DNA from: Lepidodermella squamata
Taxonomy: Eukaryota > Animalia > Gastrotricha
DNA length: 64,000 nt
Direction of reading: 5' to 3'
Assembly: GCA_047495785.1 (NCBI GenBank)
Contig: JBLDXI010000002.1
Coordinates: forward strand, 62,001 to 126,000
Shown piece by piece: positions 25,729-37,941 of the stretch; positions within the stretch are counted from its first letter, which is position 1, and every line of letters starts with the position of its first letter. The position numbers and the translations under genes are program-made. The notes beneath the pieces are model-generated. The model was not told the origin of the DNA, ran no database searches, and saw nothing but the letters and a program-made list of their open reading frames with translations.

Positions 25729-27694
25729 TCTTCAAATCTTCATGCCATCGTCAAAGCTGTCATACTGCAGCTTTATTTGACTGGTTACTGAAGTATGAAA
25801 CTCGCACTCCACATCGGTTTTGCCTGGTCAAGCATTAACAATAGCCCGTGAAACATTAGGTGTCGAACACAAGACCGTTAGGGTGAGAAGCCTGCAGTGA
25901 TATACCGCTTTTCCATACTGGTCTTCATATGCTTCATTTTTAGAACTCGTTCAAGTTTAGTATTAGTCAGCAGTTCAAATTTGTCGAACCTGCGCTTCAC
26001 ATCGGCGTTCTCAACCCACAGGTCTTGGCTTCGATTCCAACCTTTCTCAATTTTTTTCAAAAGCTAAAACTTATTCGCTGAATGACGGATTGACTAATTG
26101 AGGAATTTACGAAGCAACGAACAAACGAATCATCGGCTGAAAGCTAGTTTCTTAGCACTAGCCATCAGTTTTTTCTCTCATTCTTCATTTTATATCTTCT
26201 ATCTATTTTGCTTTTCTTTCATTGAATATTTTCTGAAAAAAGACCGTAAATGCAGCGTTCCATTTAGAGTTTAATTATCATCCGTAATAATTTGAGCATT
26301 GACAATTTCTTTCCCTATTAAAATGGCGCGAAAATACCTAAAGACTACAGATTACAGATATTGACAGAGAAATGCTGGTAACTGCCTTCGAAAATGGCGG
26401 CGAGGATTGTTTTGCGGCGGCAATGATTCGAAGAATTTCTAAAAGAACCATCGTCAAAACTGACATATCGCAGCGAGGTTCGCATTGAAGCTGAGCATCG
26501 AGGAAGTGCTCCGCGCCGTTAGGAAGCTCTGAGAATTACTGAGAATTAGATCAGGGCAATCGAAGAAAACTCCCAGGATGAGGACCTTAGGATTAGACTG
26601 CTGCAAATTTTAAGTGCGGAATTTTCGATCACGACGGTCCTTAGAAAGTTGGAAGTTCATCCGTTACGGTGATACGTATTTTGGATCGAGCCGCATATGA
26701 GCTCTGGTTTTCCGAAATCCGCAATCGTCAAATGCATCAATATCAAGACGAATTCGGCGTTTCGCTTTGGACTCGTCGCGGTCGTGGAATAGCGCCGAAT
26801 TGACAGGACAGATTCACCCGGCAAAAATATGCCGTGGTTGTAGTACTTTTTCCTGTTATAAGAATCAGTCTTTCGATTGCACTATTTAACATAAGCTCCT
26901 TGATCTCGTCTTCAAAAGCTAGTGTCTGGGTGTTTGCGGATGATATTCAACAATGATATTCAGAATTATAGGTTCGATAATTCGAATTTTCGAATTAATT
27001 ACGAGTTGCGTGAATACGGTTGTACGCATGCGTGAACGTTTTTGATTGACCGACGTATTGTGACATGCGTGCATATCTGACTCGCGTGCAAATCGCGTGC
27101 ATTGCTAAGCTTCCAGCTGAAAAGACCGTTGAAAAAAGAAAGAACTGCAGGTAGCCAATCAATTGATAGCTGTGAAACAGCAATATCAAAACTTGGAACC
27201 AAACAAAGCCTAAGTTTAAGAGTTTTTGTTAATCTCCATGCAGAAATACTCTGGAACGTTGTCCTCGAATGTTTTTTATAACATTCGGGCAAGGTTGGAC
27301 ATTATCTCCAGTTCTACGCAGATTTATTTTCAATTCCCATATCCAGCCTGTTCCAATCATGGGGAACCTCCCATAAAAACATTGTGCCGCGGAAATAGGA
27401 ACAAATAATGCGAACAAGAAAAAGCGACTCGGGCGCAAAATTGATTGATTCGCAAGGACTTTTCATACTAAGGTCATATGCGTGGTTGATTGACAGACAG
27501 AGTATGATATGTGTATCACGAGAATAAAATCTGACCACGTGGGCTGCGATGTTTCAGCTGGAAAGACCGATGAACAGAGAAACATGCCGTTGGTAGCCAA
27601 TCAATAGCTAGCTGTGCAACTGAAATGCAGTAGAACTTCATTTTCAAAACTAAGAAACAAGGAAAAGCAAGGTTAATCAGCATTTTATATCAAA

Positions 27695-29442
27695 ATGCAA
27701 AACTTTTCAGGAAGCTTTGCCTCGAGTATCTTCTTAACCCAATGCTGCGTATTATTCCTACTCGCCGGAAAAACATTCGGCCAAAGTGAGCAATTTCATT
27801 GCTACGCTGATTTTGTTTCAATTTCCACATCCAGCCTGCTCTAACGGGGGAACCATCGTGGGAGGTGGATTATGTGTCTGCGTTTCTGGTTGGACTGGGC
27901 AAAACTGTACTGACGGTATGAATTTCAAGGATCAACAACCGATTTTCCCATGATATTTATCAGCTATCTGCTCGCCATCATGTGAACCTCGAGGCGGAGC
28001 CTGCACTGCTCCTAACGTCTGCTCATGTCTGGCCCGTTTCACTGGTTCTGATTGTTCGGCTTGTAAGTTTCTGTGGCTCATCCAGCCTATAAACAGTTTT
28101 CCATTGTAGTAATTGGCACTCCCCTATCGGACCCTGCCAGCTATCTACCAGAGTATTCCGTTCTTCGAACGAGTTATAGTAAGCAGATTCCGTGAAGTTG
28201 AGTATTCTATTAACGGCGTTTTTTTCAGCTGAAAATTGGTGGCTAAAAAGTGACAAGACTTTAAACAACACTGGAATCAGTCCCGTTTACCTCGCTGGGA
28301 TTGAAAGAAATGTTAAAACTGGTTTTTGGAATAGGAGGGTGAGTATTACACTAGAAAGTAACATCGTTCTCATTCCTGTTTTAAGGCAATGCCGTTCACG
28401 GACTTCTCGATTAATTTTACCATGTTAACGATTTACAACTCAGGCAGTGGTTTCGATGGGTATGCCTTTGTGATCACTTCGAATTCGTCTACAGCAACAT
28501 ACCCGATCGGTTCTTATGCTGTCGTCAATGATTTCACAGGTTTAATCGTTCGCGTTTCGAGATACTTCCGTTATGTCTGCATAATCAGCTCGCCTGTAAC
28601 TACCGCAGCTGATTTTGGAGGTAAGATTACCACAATCCTGTCTCACTTTTTCGAATTATTTTTCTGCTTGCTATATGCTATTAGGGTACGTCAACCCCAA
28701 GGCAGATATAAATGACCCGTGGGTGAAGGATAGACACCACGTTGGCCTGGTCATTCGCAATAACGGCTCTGTTCTTTCGATGGACGTATGCATCTTCTCA
28801 TCATGCAAGGCTGTCATCAGCGAATTGGTACTGCCTAAATTTCTACCAATCTTGAATGAGAGTATCCAGAAACCTGTGATTGGGCTTATTGCTTATAACA
28901 ATGACTATTCGACTCCTATTCAACTTATCGATCTAAGGTTCTATTCATTAGGTGGGTATAATTGTGAATTATCAGATAACCTCAAGATAGTTTGCCACAG
29001 GCTCGAGTGTTGATTCCGGATCTGGTTTCAACCGAAGACCGAAGTGCGACCCCAGCTGTGCTCATAAAGGCATTTGCGTGAGTAGGAATAAATGCAGTTG
29101 CAAACCGGGCTGGACCGGGCAGTTTTGCAATTATCGTTGGTTTTCTAGCAGAGGCATTTAAAAAATATTTAAAACTATTTCACCAGAAATTTGCGGTAGC
29201 ACGATTTGCCCTCGGAAAGCTTACTGCACGGCCCCTGATACGTGCACATGTTTCGACAAATGGAAAACAGGTCCTGGTTGTACACAACGTAAGGAGCCGT
29301 TAAGCTGATATTTGCAACATCTGAAATCTTAATCTCAGCTTTTTGTGACTGCATTGTGGCGAAGAGATGCATCTCCAGGCTATGCGACTGCCCGGACGGT
29401 TATCAGCGTCACGATTGCAACGCTACCGATGACGACTTTTGA
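27695..29442 (+). CDS. Secreted EGF + L-type-lectin-like protein E3 (two N-terminal EGFs; 'B type')
   Basis: Multi-exon paralog of E1; MQNFSGSFASSIFLTQCC...; ends DCNATDDDF*. Confidence 0.8.
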
Positions 29443-29886
29443 CGCACGGTGTAATTTGCGAATGCGAATGCAGCTATACTTTTTGCATCAGATACTTACT
29501 TCATACCAATAATTTCCGGAGATAATTTCTGTTACTTTCTGCCAGTCTAATTGTTAGCAGGCAATCAGTTGAACACAGCTGAGCCGATATTTGAGACTTG
29601 GCAAGCAATTTCGACCCTATAGCTCGATCTTCGTAGTCATTTGAGAACTGATTGTTGCACAACAAGGCTTGTGCGTCAGCTGTTTATTTTTTTCAAATGC
29701 TTGTGAAGATAAGAGTTAAGGCCGAAATCGCTTGCCACATGTCGAATGCGCTTTTCCACCTTGTACCTTGAGTCCGAAAAATTGTAGATATTTGGAAGCC
29801 CATCTGCTGATATATAGTAAAATCCAGGGACTTTGAGAGTCGAAACTCGAAACTATGCTATCGCGAAACTTCGGGAACAACCTTTT

Positions 29887-30083
29887 CATATCGTTAGAGT
29901 CGTTGAATTACTCGGATTTAGGCTTGTTTACATCCATTCCCAGGTGGCGGGTGACAAGTAAAAAGTCTTTTGTCTTTGACTCTCCATTCACGTTAAAAAA
30001 GCCGCTTTTGACTTGTCACCCGCCACCTGGGAATGGATGTAAACAAGCCTAAATCCGAGTAATTCAACGACTCAAACGATATG
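29887..30083. repeat. Near-perfect inverted repeat (foldback/MITE-like), arms ~75 bp
   Basis: catatcgttagagtcgttgaattactcggatttaggcttgtttacatccattcccaggtggcgggtgacaagt and its reverse complement, separated by ~50 bp. Confidence 0.9.
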
Positions 30084-30392
30084 GTGGCTGATGGCGTAAG
30101 CTTGAATTAGGTAATGACAAAAAATGAAAAAGGCTATAAAACCAAACCAAACGTCGCGCCGTTGATGTAATACTTGCAAACACAGGAATTGTTCGAATTC
30201 AACTTGACTAGACTAACTTCCAATGTTACCTGTGGCTTTTGTTTTCCGCTCGTTAGAAGGCCAAGGAATGGAAAATGGATATGGTTCAATTGAGATTAAG
30301 CAAGCGAGCAATGAACATTTATTAATTCAAATGTCCACCTTAAATGCTATACATAACATCTTCGGCCTTCCAGCTTGCTTGGGAACGAAATC

Positions 30393-30545
30393 ATGAAGGG
30401 CTATATCGTTGAGCAAAGAACATCCTCAATTCTCTCTTGTTCTCTCCATACTGCTATTAAATGAACAAATACTAGTGCGAGGCAAATTCTTGCTACGTGC
30501 TACGTGGTCGCCGGCAAACCTGAGCCCAACAAGACTGAGAAGACC
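30393..30545 (+). pseudogene. 5' fragment of family X (X6)
   Basis: atgaagggctatatcgtt...aatgaacaaatactagtgcgaggcaaattcttgctacgtgc matches the X5 start. It carries indels and is truncated directly before the E4 upstream region. Confidence 0.8.
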
Positions 30546-30921
30546 GACAATCAGTTTCGAAGACTGAGGGCTTTGATCAAATTTGAGCGACATTGAAAGT
30601 GGGAGGAAGATCGCAGAGGGTTTAGGTAGCCAATCGATACGACACCAGGGATCGCAGTGAATTCTGAATTTTGAACTGCTAATTCAAATCATTCGCTTCA
30701 GGCTAAGAAAGCCTCGCCCTTACTAGTCAGAGCGAAACGAATCATTAATAAAGCTATCGCCGAAACGTTCTCTTTCTCGCACCCATAGGGGAACAATTCG
30801 ATGTCAATCGCATGAATAGCTGATCGATAGGGAACGTGATAAATAAAGGAGGATGCAAAAGCAGACGACTTGTTTTCTTCAGGTCAAAAAAGAATAGCTA
30901 AAGTTCATTCGAACAGTCAAA

Positions 30922-32795
30922 ATGATCATAGCATCATCATTTCTATTCCTAGCGATGAGTAGCATCGCCGAAGTGAAGGCACAGAGTATAGTTCTGAACT
31001 TTTCTTCTTATTACAAGTTTAATTCATCCGTCTATCAGATTCCTGTTCGCCACCATGTCAGCCTCGTGGCGGCGTCTGCACAGCCCAAAATGTGTGCTCG
31101 TGTTTAGCTCGATTCACAGGGAAAGATTGCTCGATAAGTATGAGTTTTTAACAAGTTTAAACGCAGGCGAAAAACACTGCATTTTTCAGCCATTGGAAAG
31201 CCGTTGTCGGACCCTGCCAGCTACGTACCGCAATATTCATTCCTTGGGGTAAACTACAGTAAGCGCATTTCTATGGTGAACTGGAGTTGAAAAACTTTCT
31301 TTCAGCCGACAATTGGTTAATCCGCAGTAACAGGAATCTCAACAACTCCGCAGCTTGGCCGGTATATCTTACTGAAAGGGAGCAGAGTACCTATACTGGC
31401 TTCTGGAGTAAGGCGGTAAGGATATGAACAGCGTTCTAACTCTTTTTGATCTAAGATCCAACAGACTATGCCCTTCACTGATTTTTCGATCAACATTACA
31501 ATAATGACAGACTATTTTACGGGCAATGGCTTTGATGTGTATGGCATAGCGATCACATCGAATTCCGGAACAGTTTCTTATCCTATTGGTTCCACGACAA
31601 CTGGGAACAACTTCACGGGTCTACTCGTTCGCACGATGCGGTACTACGACTCTTTCAACATAATAAGCTCGCCCGTGAGCATCACCGCGAACTTCTCACG
31701 TTTGTCCAAATGTTAACTGTAAGCTATAACTGTAAGTGCTTCCGTATTCAGGCTACGTTCAACCTGGTAACGTTTTGGAAGGAGACGTATGGGTCAAAGG
31801 TCTGCACCACATTGGCCTGGTCATTCGCAACGGTTCAAATCTCTGGATGGACATTTGTTCTTTTAGTGGCTGCCGGGCCGTATTTACTAATCAGGTTCTT
31901 CCAAGATTTCTACCGCTCTCGGATCCGAGCGTGCAGAGACCTGTTATCGGGCTGATTGCTAATAACATGGGCTATAGAACCCCCATTCAGGTCATCGATG
32001 TTAGGTTCTACCCGTTGAGTAAGCGCCAGAGTTTATTTAGCTTTCAAAAAAGCGAGACTTTGTGACAGATTGGAATATTGATGCTGGTCCAGGTTTTAAG
32101 CCGACCTGTAAGCCAAGCTGCGCGAAAGGTGTTTGCTCCGGAACTAACAAATGCATCTGCAGAGCAGGCTGGACAGGCCAGTTCTGCACCAGACGTGAGT
32201 TTGTAGAACCGATTTTGTAGAACCGAAATAGTGTCACTAAGTGTCAAAAGCGAATCCTCAAATTCTCACAAATGCAATTCTTAGAGGCTCGGGTTTTCGG
32301 AAGCTAAAATGGAGGTTAAGGTTAAGGTTCTGATTACTGATTACTATCCCAGGCACAGCTACGGTTGAACTCCTGAAATGATGATCACCAGTATACTAAT
32401 GTTGCAACACAATGGGGCCACGGGTGAGCCCTCGTTCCATCCGCTTGATTTCTTCCTGAAACTTACCCTTGTTTCTGATCGGATTATGAGAATTGGCAAT
32501 GAATTGCACTGTTTGAATAATCCCATTTTTCCAATAATAGAAATATGCGGAACCACGGTTTGTTCCCGGTTCGCTTACTGCTCATCTCTTAATACATGCA
32601 CATGTTTCGACAAATGGAAAACGGGCCCTGATTGTGCTCAAAGTAAGAAGTTTTTAAATAAAGTCCTCTGAATTGCAAAACTGCCAATGTTTAGCATTTT
32701 GCGACTGCAAAGTGGCGAAAAGATGTGTTCATATGGTGTGCGACTGCCCAGATGGTTCCCAGCGTCGAGACTGCAACGTCGAGACTGATGACTAA
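30922..32795 (+). CDS. Secreted EGF + L-type-lectin-like protein E4 (A type)
   Basis: Close paralog of E2, including upstream sequence; ends RRDCNVETDD*. Confidence 0.8.
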
Positions 32796-33921
32796 GAGCA
32801 ATCTTCATGCCATCGTCAAAGCCGTCTATACTACATATTCATTTTGACTGAAAATATCTTAATGGAACTGTATACTTCTCATATTCTGCTGTTATACGGA
32901 ACAGTTTCAAGGAATGCTAAGTGTCCTACCAATGAACTTAACTTTGTAGTTGGTTCATTAGTTTCATCTAATTCTTGATGTAGATGTTACAGTGAGAGTG
33001 TCGAATCGTTGAAATTGCACTTCCCAAGCACGAATTTCCAATGAAAGTGAATTTTCAATACTGAAAATATACTAGCCCCCATGGAAAGTATACTCTCAAT
33101 AAAAATATATGTATTGAGAGTTGAGAGTAAAAAAGAGGATTGCACATCTTTTGCGTGGAGAGTATACTCTCCATGAAATGATCGAGTTATTTTATCGAGT
33201 TTAATGATGAGTGGAAAGCTTTTCTTTAATGTATGTGATATCATGGAAGTACATGGAAGATGGAAGAGCCTCTTTTTTGAAAGTTAACTTTTTTCACGGA
33301 GTGTGGCATGCGTAAATCTAAATCTGAATCCTGATCGCGTGCGTTGCTAAGCCACCAGTTTCAAGACCGCTGAACAAAGAAAGAAACTGCTGGTAGCCAA
33401 TCAATAATTAGCCGTAGAACTAAAATATCGAAAAACCGAAGCGCAGGCATTATTCATCATTATTATGAAACTTTCGGGCGACGTTCTCACCATTTTCCCT
33501 CTCATTTATTCTTAACTTCCACAACCAGCCTGTTCCAATCACGGGGAACCTTCCATAATAACACACTTATATCGCGGGTTGCGCACCATAACATTGTGCC
33601 ATGGAAATGGAAACAAATGATGCGACCAAGAAAAAGCGACTCGGGCGAAATTGATTGATTCGCTAGGACTTTTCATACTACGATCATCATACGTTATACG
33701 TTATACTGAGGCGTGGTTGATTGGCAGACAGAGTGTGATATGCATGTATTTAAATCTGACCACGTGGGCTGCGATGTTCCAGATGGAAAGACAGAGAACA
33801 GAGAAACATGCCGTTGGTAGCCAATCAATAATAGCTAGCGGTGGAACTGAAATGCAGCAGAACTGCATTTTCAAAACTAAAAACCAAGCTGCAGTGAGCG
33901 TTTTGAGCATTTTAAATCACC

Positions 33922-35682
33922 ATGCATAACCTTTCAGGAAGCTTCTTGCCGAAGATTTTCCTAACCCAATGCTGCGTAGCATTCCTAACCGTTGGAAAAG
34001 CATTCGGGCAAGTAAGAAATTCTCGCGATTTCTATGCTAATTTCGTTTTAATTGTCACATCTAGCCTGTGCAAATGGGGGAACTTTCTTAGGAGGGGTAG
34101 CTTGTGGCTGCGTTACTGGTTGGACTGGGCAGAACTGCACTGTCGGTATGAGTCCAGTCTGAATTTCTATGATCAATAACCAATTTTCCCATGATATTTA
34201 TCAGCTATCTGCTCGCCAACATGTCAGCCCCGAGGCGGAGCTTGCACTGCTCCTAATGTCTGTTCATGTCTCGCCCGCTTCACTGGTTCTGATTGTTCGA
34301 TGTGTAAGTTCTTATGTGACTCCAGCAATCAATTTGCGAAACTTTCACATTACAGTAATTGGCACGCCCCTATCGGATCCTGTCATCTATCTTCCAGACT
34401 ATTCGGTTGTCGGAACGAGTAAGCAGTTTTCTTGGATAGGATATGTCTGTAATCGCGGTTTATTTCAGCTGAAAATTGGTGGCAGAAAAGTATAATAGGG
34501 TTTTAAACAACAATGGAGCTTGCTCAGTTTACCTAGCTGGCAATGAAAGTTATGTTTACTCTGGGTTTTGGAACATTAATGTAATTCCTAATACATAGTC
34601 TCATACAAATAGTCTCAGCTGCTTTTAGGCGATGCCGTTCACTGACTTCTCAATCAATTTCACTATGATAACAAGTAATAATGGCTACGATGGGTATGGT
34701 TTCGTGATCACATCCAATTCGTCAACGGCAAACTATAAAATGGATGTTGATAATGCATTGGTGAGTGATTTCACAGGACTATATGTTCGCGTTTGGTATT
34801 ACCAAAGAATGGTCAACATTATAAGCTCTCCTGTGAGCATCACCGCGAATTTCTCAGGTATGAAGATTTAGGGCAATATTACCATCGAGAAGTTCATGAA
34901 ATACTATTTCAGGCGCTGCCAATCCTAAATTTTATGTAAATGGCACTTGGGTAAAGGATAGGCACCACGTTGGCCTGGTCATTCGCAACGGCTCAGTTCT
35001 CTCGATGGACATATGCAGCTTCTACTCCTGCCTAGCTATAATTAGCCAACTGGTCCTGCCGAAATTTCTGCCTATCATGAATATGAGCGCACAAAAGACA
35101 GTGATTGGAGTTGTCGGCTTCAACAACGGCTTCTCAACTCCTATTCAACTCATCGATCTAAGGTTCTACCCACTGAGTGAGTTCAGCAAACAATATCAGC
35201 TCTGAAATGTCGAAGCAATTTTTCATAGATTCAAATGTTGATTATGGGTATGGACCTGGTTTCAAACAGAAGTGCGACCCAAGTTGCGCTAATAAGGGCA
35301 TTTGCGTGAGTAGGAATAAATGCAGTTGTACAGCGGGTTGGACCGCGCAGTTTTGCACTAATCGTTAGTTTATCGGCTGAAATTTCGAAGCTATTCGATA
35401 CTTTTTATTTTTCACAAGAAATTTGCGGTAACACGATTTGCCCTCGGAAGTCTTACTGCACGGCCCCTGATACATGCGCATGTTTCGACTAATGGAAGAC
35501 GGGCCCTGGTTGTGCACAACGTAAGGATCCGTTAATCTGATACTTGTGACAAATATGTAACTAAAATCTCAATCTAAGCTTTTTGTGACTGCGCTGTGGC
35601 GAAGAGATGTGCATCCAGGCTATGCGACTGCCCGGACGGATATCAGCGTCGCGATTGCAACGCTACCGACGACGACATTTGA
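33922..35682 (+). pseudogene. EGF + lectin gene E5 (B type), probable pseudogene
   Basis: +2 nt frameshift at ~34491-34500 relative to E3, and a premature TAA at 35490-35492 where paralogs have AAA (FDKWK). Confidence 0.75.
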
Positions 35683-35964
35683 TGCCTGGTGTAACTTGTC
35701 TTGGGGGAATGTGAATTCGGAAATAATTGCATACCTTATAGATAGTTCATTCCGCCGATAACGTATTAAGGGGAAACTTTATGTTACTTTCTGCTTGTTA
35801 AACTGTTAGCAGCCAATCTATTCTAGCACTCGCAAAGATATATTTCGGGGTGAATATAGTTTTCTCCCTATATCATTCAGCCTTGACAAGTTATTCACTT
35901 CACCAAATATGCATTACTGATATATATATATACTGATAGATACTGTCATCCACTGATTATAATT

Positions 35965-37010
35965 GGGTGTTAATTTCGAAGCTGTATTTATTGATAAAGT
36001 TAACTTTATCCCATAATGTCGACTTTATCGCCCGGAAATAAAGTCGACTCTATGACCAGCATGATTTTCGAACATAAAGTCAACTTTATTTCACTAAAGT
36101 TGGTTTTATCTCGCAAACATAAATGTTCTACGGCAGATAAAGTCGACCGGTCGACTTTATCGCCCTAAAGTCGACTTCAACGGCCGATTTTTGTCCGAAA
36201 TCAAACGTTTTGCCCTCAAAAACACTTGTTAACCTAATTTTACAGTGCGTTTCAAAATTATATGACCAGCACTTCCATGTTTGAGCGCACTAGCACACAA
36301 ACATACCTGTTTTATTGCTACCCCATAAAAATGGCATGATTGCAGTCTCTTAACTTTGTTTAGTGAGGGGCTCATAAGCGTTTTTTCTCCCTCATTAAGA
36401 AACGAATGAAAATAGGCCGCATAGGTAATACGCCATGATTAAATTTGCCTAAATCGAATTTTCGTTTCGAATTGCCGCATGATGCGAAAATAGTCTCGAA
36501 ATTTTACAAAATAATCGCATAAATGTTGGAACCAAATGTGAGCTCCTCTGAATTTTTTGAAGTCGGCGTTGAAGGCAGGCTAAGGAATCAAATGCTTATC
36601 AGGCTTGCGTGATCGCGCTATGAATCGGCAACACAAGTTAATTACATAGCTTCATTTTACCCGCTATCTCTAATTTTACGGAATCATTGTCGGAAACAGC
36701 TCTATTCAAAACAAATTTCAAGAAAATTCTCGCGATTTGCCGTAAATGCAATACGGCGTATTTGTGACCTGTTTAGCGTGATAGCAATAAAAGTTTCGTG
36801 AACATGGTGAATATGCAGCACACAAGAAAAGAATCTCGCCAAACAAGGAAGTACTGGTCATAAAATTCTGAAACGCACTGTATAAGCATCATAGTAAGTC
36901 ACGACTAATGATGAGCAATTTGAAACTGGCGCCTAGTTTTTTTGCCAGATAGAGCCAACTTTATCCGATAAAGTCGACTTGAACTAATGACGGCTTTGAA
37001 AATACCTACC
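35965..37010. mobile_element. Non-autonomous element with imperfect terminal inverted repeats and multiple AAAGTCGACTTT-like palindromic subterminal repeats
   Basis: ataaagtcgac/gtcgactttat motifs cluster at 35995-36180 and 36955-36985. The ends tttcgaagctgt and acggctttgaaa are imperfectly inverted. Confidence 0.55.
36243..36880. mobile_element. Tc1/mariner-type MITE nested in the previous element
   Basis: ~43-bp TIRs CAGTGCGTTTCAAAATTATATGACCAGCACTTCC / GGAAGTACTGGTCATAAAATTCTGAAACGCACTG flanked by TA. Confidence 0.85.
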
Positions 37011-37941
37011 TGTACTGTGACAAGATGGTGACTAATGAGAACAACGCAATAAGCAGCCAAATAATCAATGATCTACGAGATTTCATCGGGATTAAACCAG
37101 ACAAGTAATATCACATGTCTGCAATTAGGCGGCGTGCTATACCGTGTCAAAAGCAGCAAGAAATGTCAAGAATTACGGCGATCAGCTTGTCGTTGTTGGT
37201 CGACTTAGGCTGCGTCGCTTATTAAGCGAAACAGTGGGCCCACAGCGGTTACATCAGTGGATTAGCTTCCACATCGCTTTCAGTTTTTTGCCAGAATGCA
37301 GTTTTTTCTGGGTGTTCCGACGTTGACCCTGAGGTGTCAAAGAAATGAAAACAGCTGCATATATATTCTCAAAGCAAATAGAATTGAAGCCTATTGCGAT
37401 ACCTATATTATTTCGAAGTATAAGTACTTCTGATTAGCAATTTTTCTCGTGGATTTTCTTTAATCAATGTCACCTATTAAGCGTTCTCATCTGAGAGACA
37501 TTCGGGAAACTAGGACGTCCTTTTGGGGTCACTGGTGAATTCGTTTCCATTTCCTCCTTCACGCCGTTTTGCCAGGGTAACCTTTATTGAGTGACAATGA
37601 AAGTGGGATAGGAAGATCGCAGAGGGTTTAGGTAGCCAATCGATAACACACCGAGAACGGCAGTGAAGTCTGAATATTTAATCGCGGAATAAAATCATTT
37701 GCTGGAGTCTGAAGAAAGCTTCACACCCACTGGGAAGCGCAAAACTAACGAAGCATTAAAACTATCACCGAAGCGTTCCGTGTTCTACTTTCTCACACCT
37801 GAGGAAAAAAATTCGATGCTATGGAAGCAGATAAATGAACGGCAGATCGATAGCTCACCTAATTTTTAAAGGAGACACGAGAACATACAATACAAAACAT
37901 TTTCTTCTTTTGAGGTCAAAACAGTTAAATCAGCAGTCAAA

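Noticed and set aside
25880-26900. Short ORFs and AAAATGGCG (YY1-like) motifs between E2 and E3
   Set aside because: No coherent reading frame or recognisable homology.
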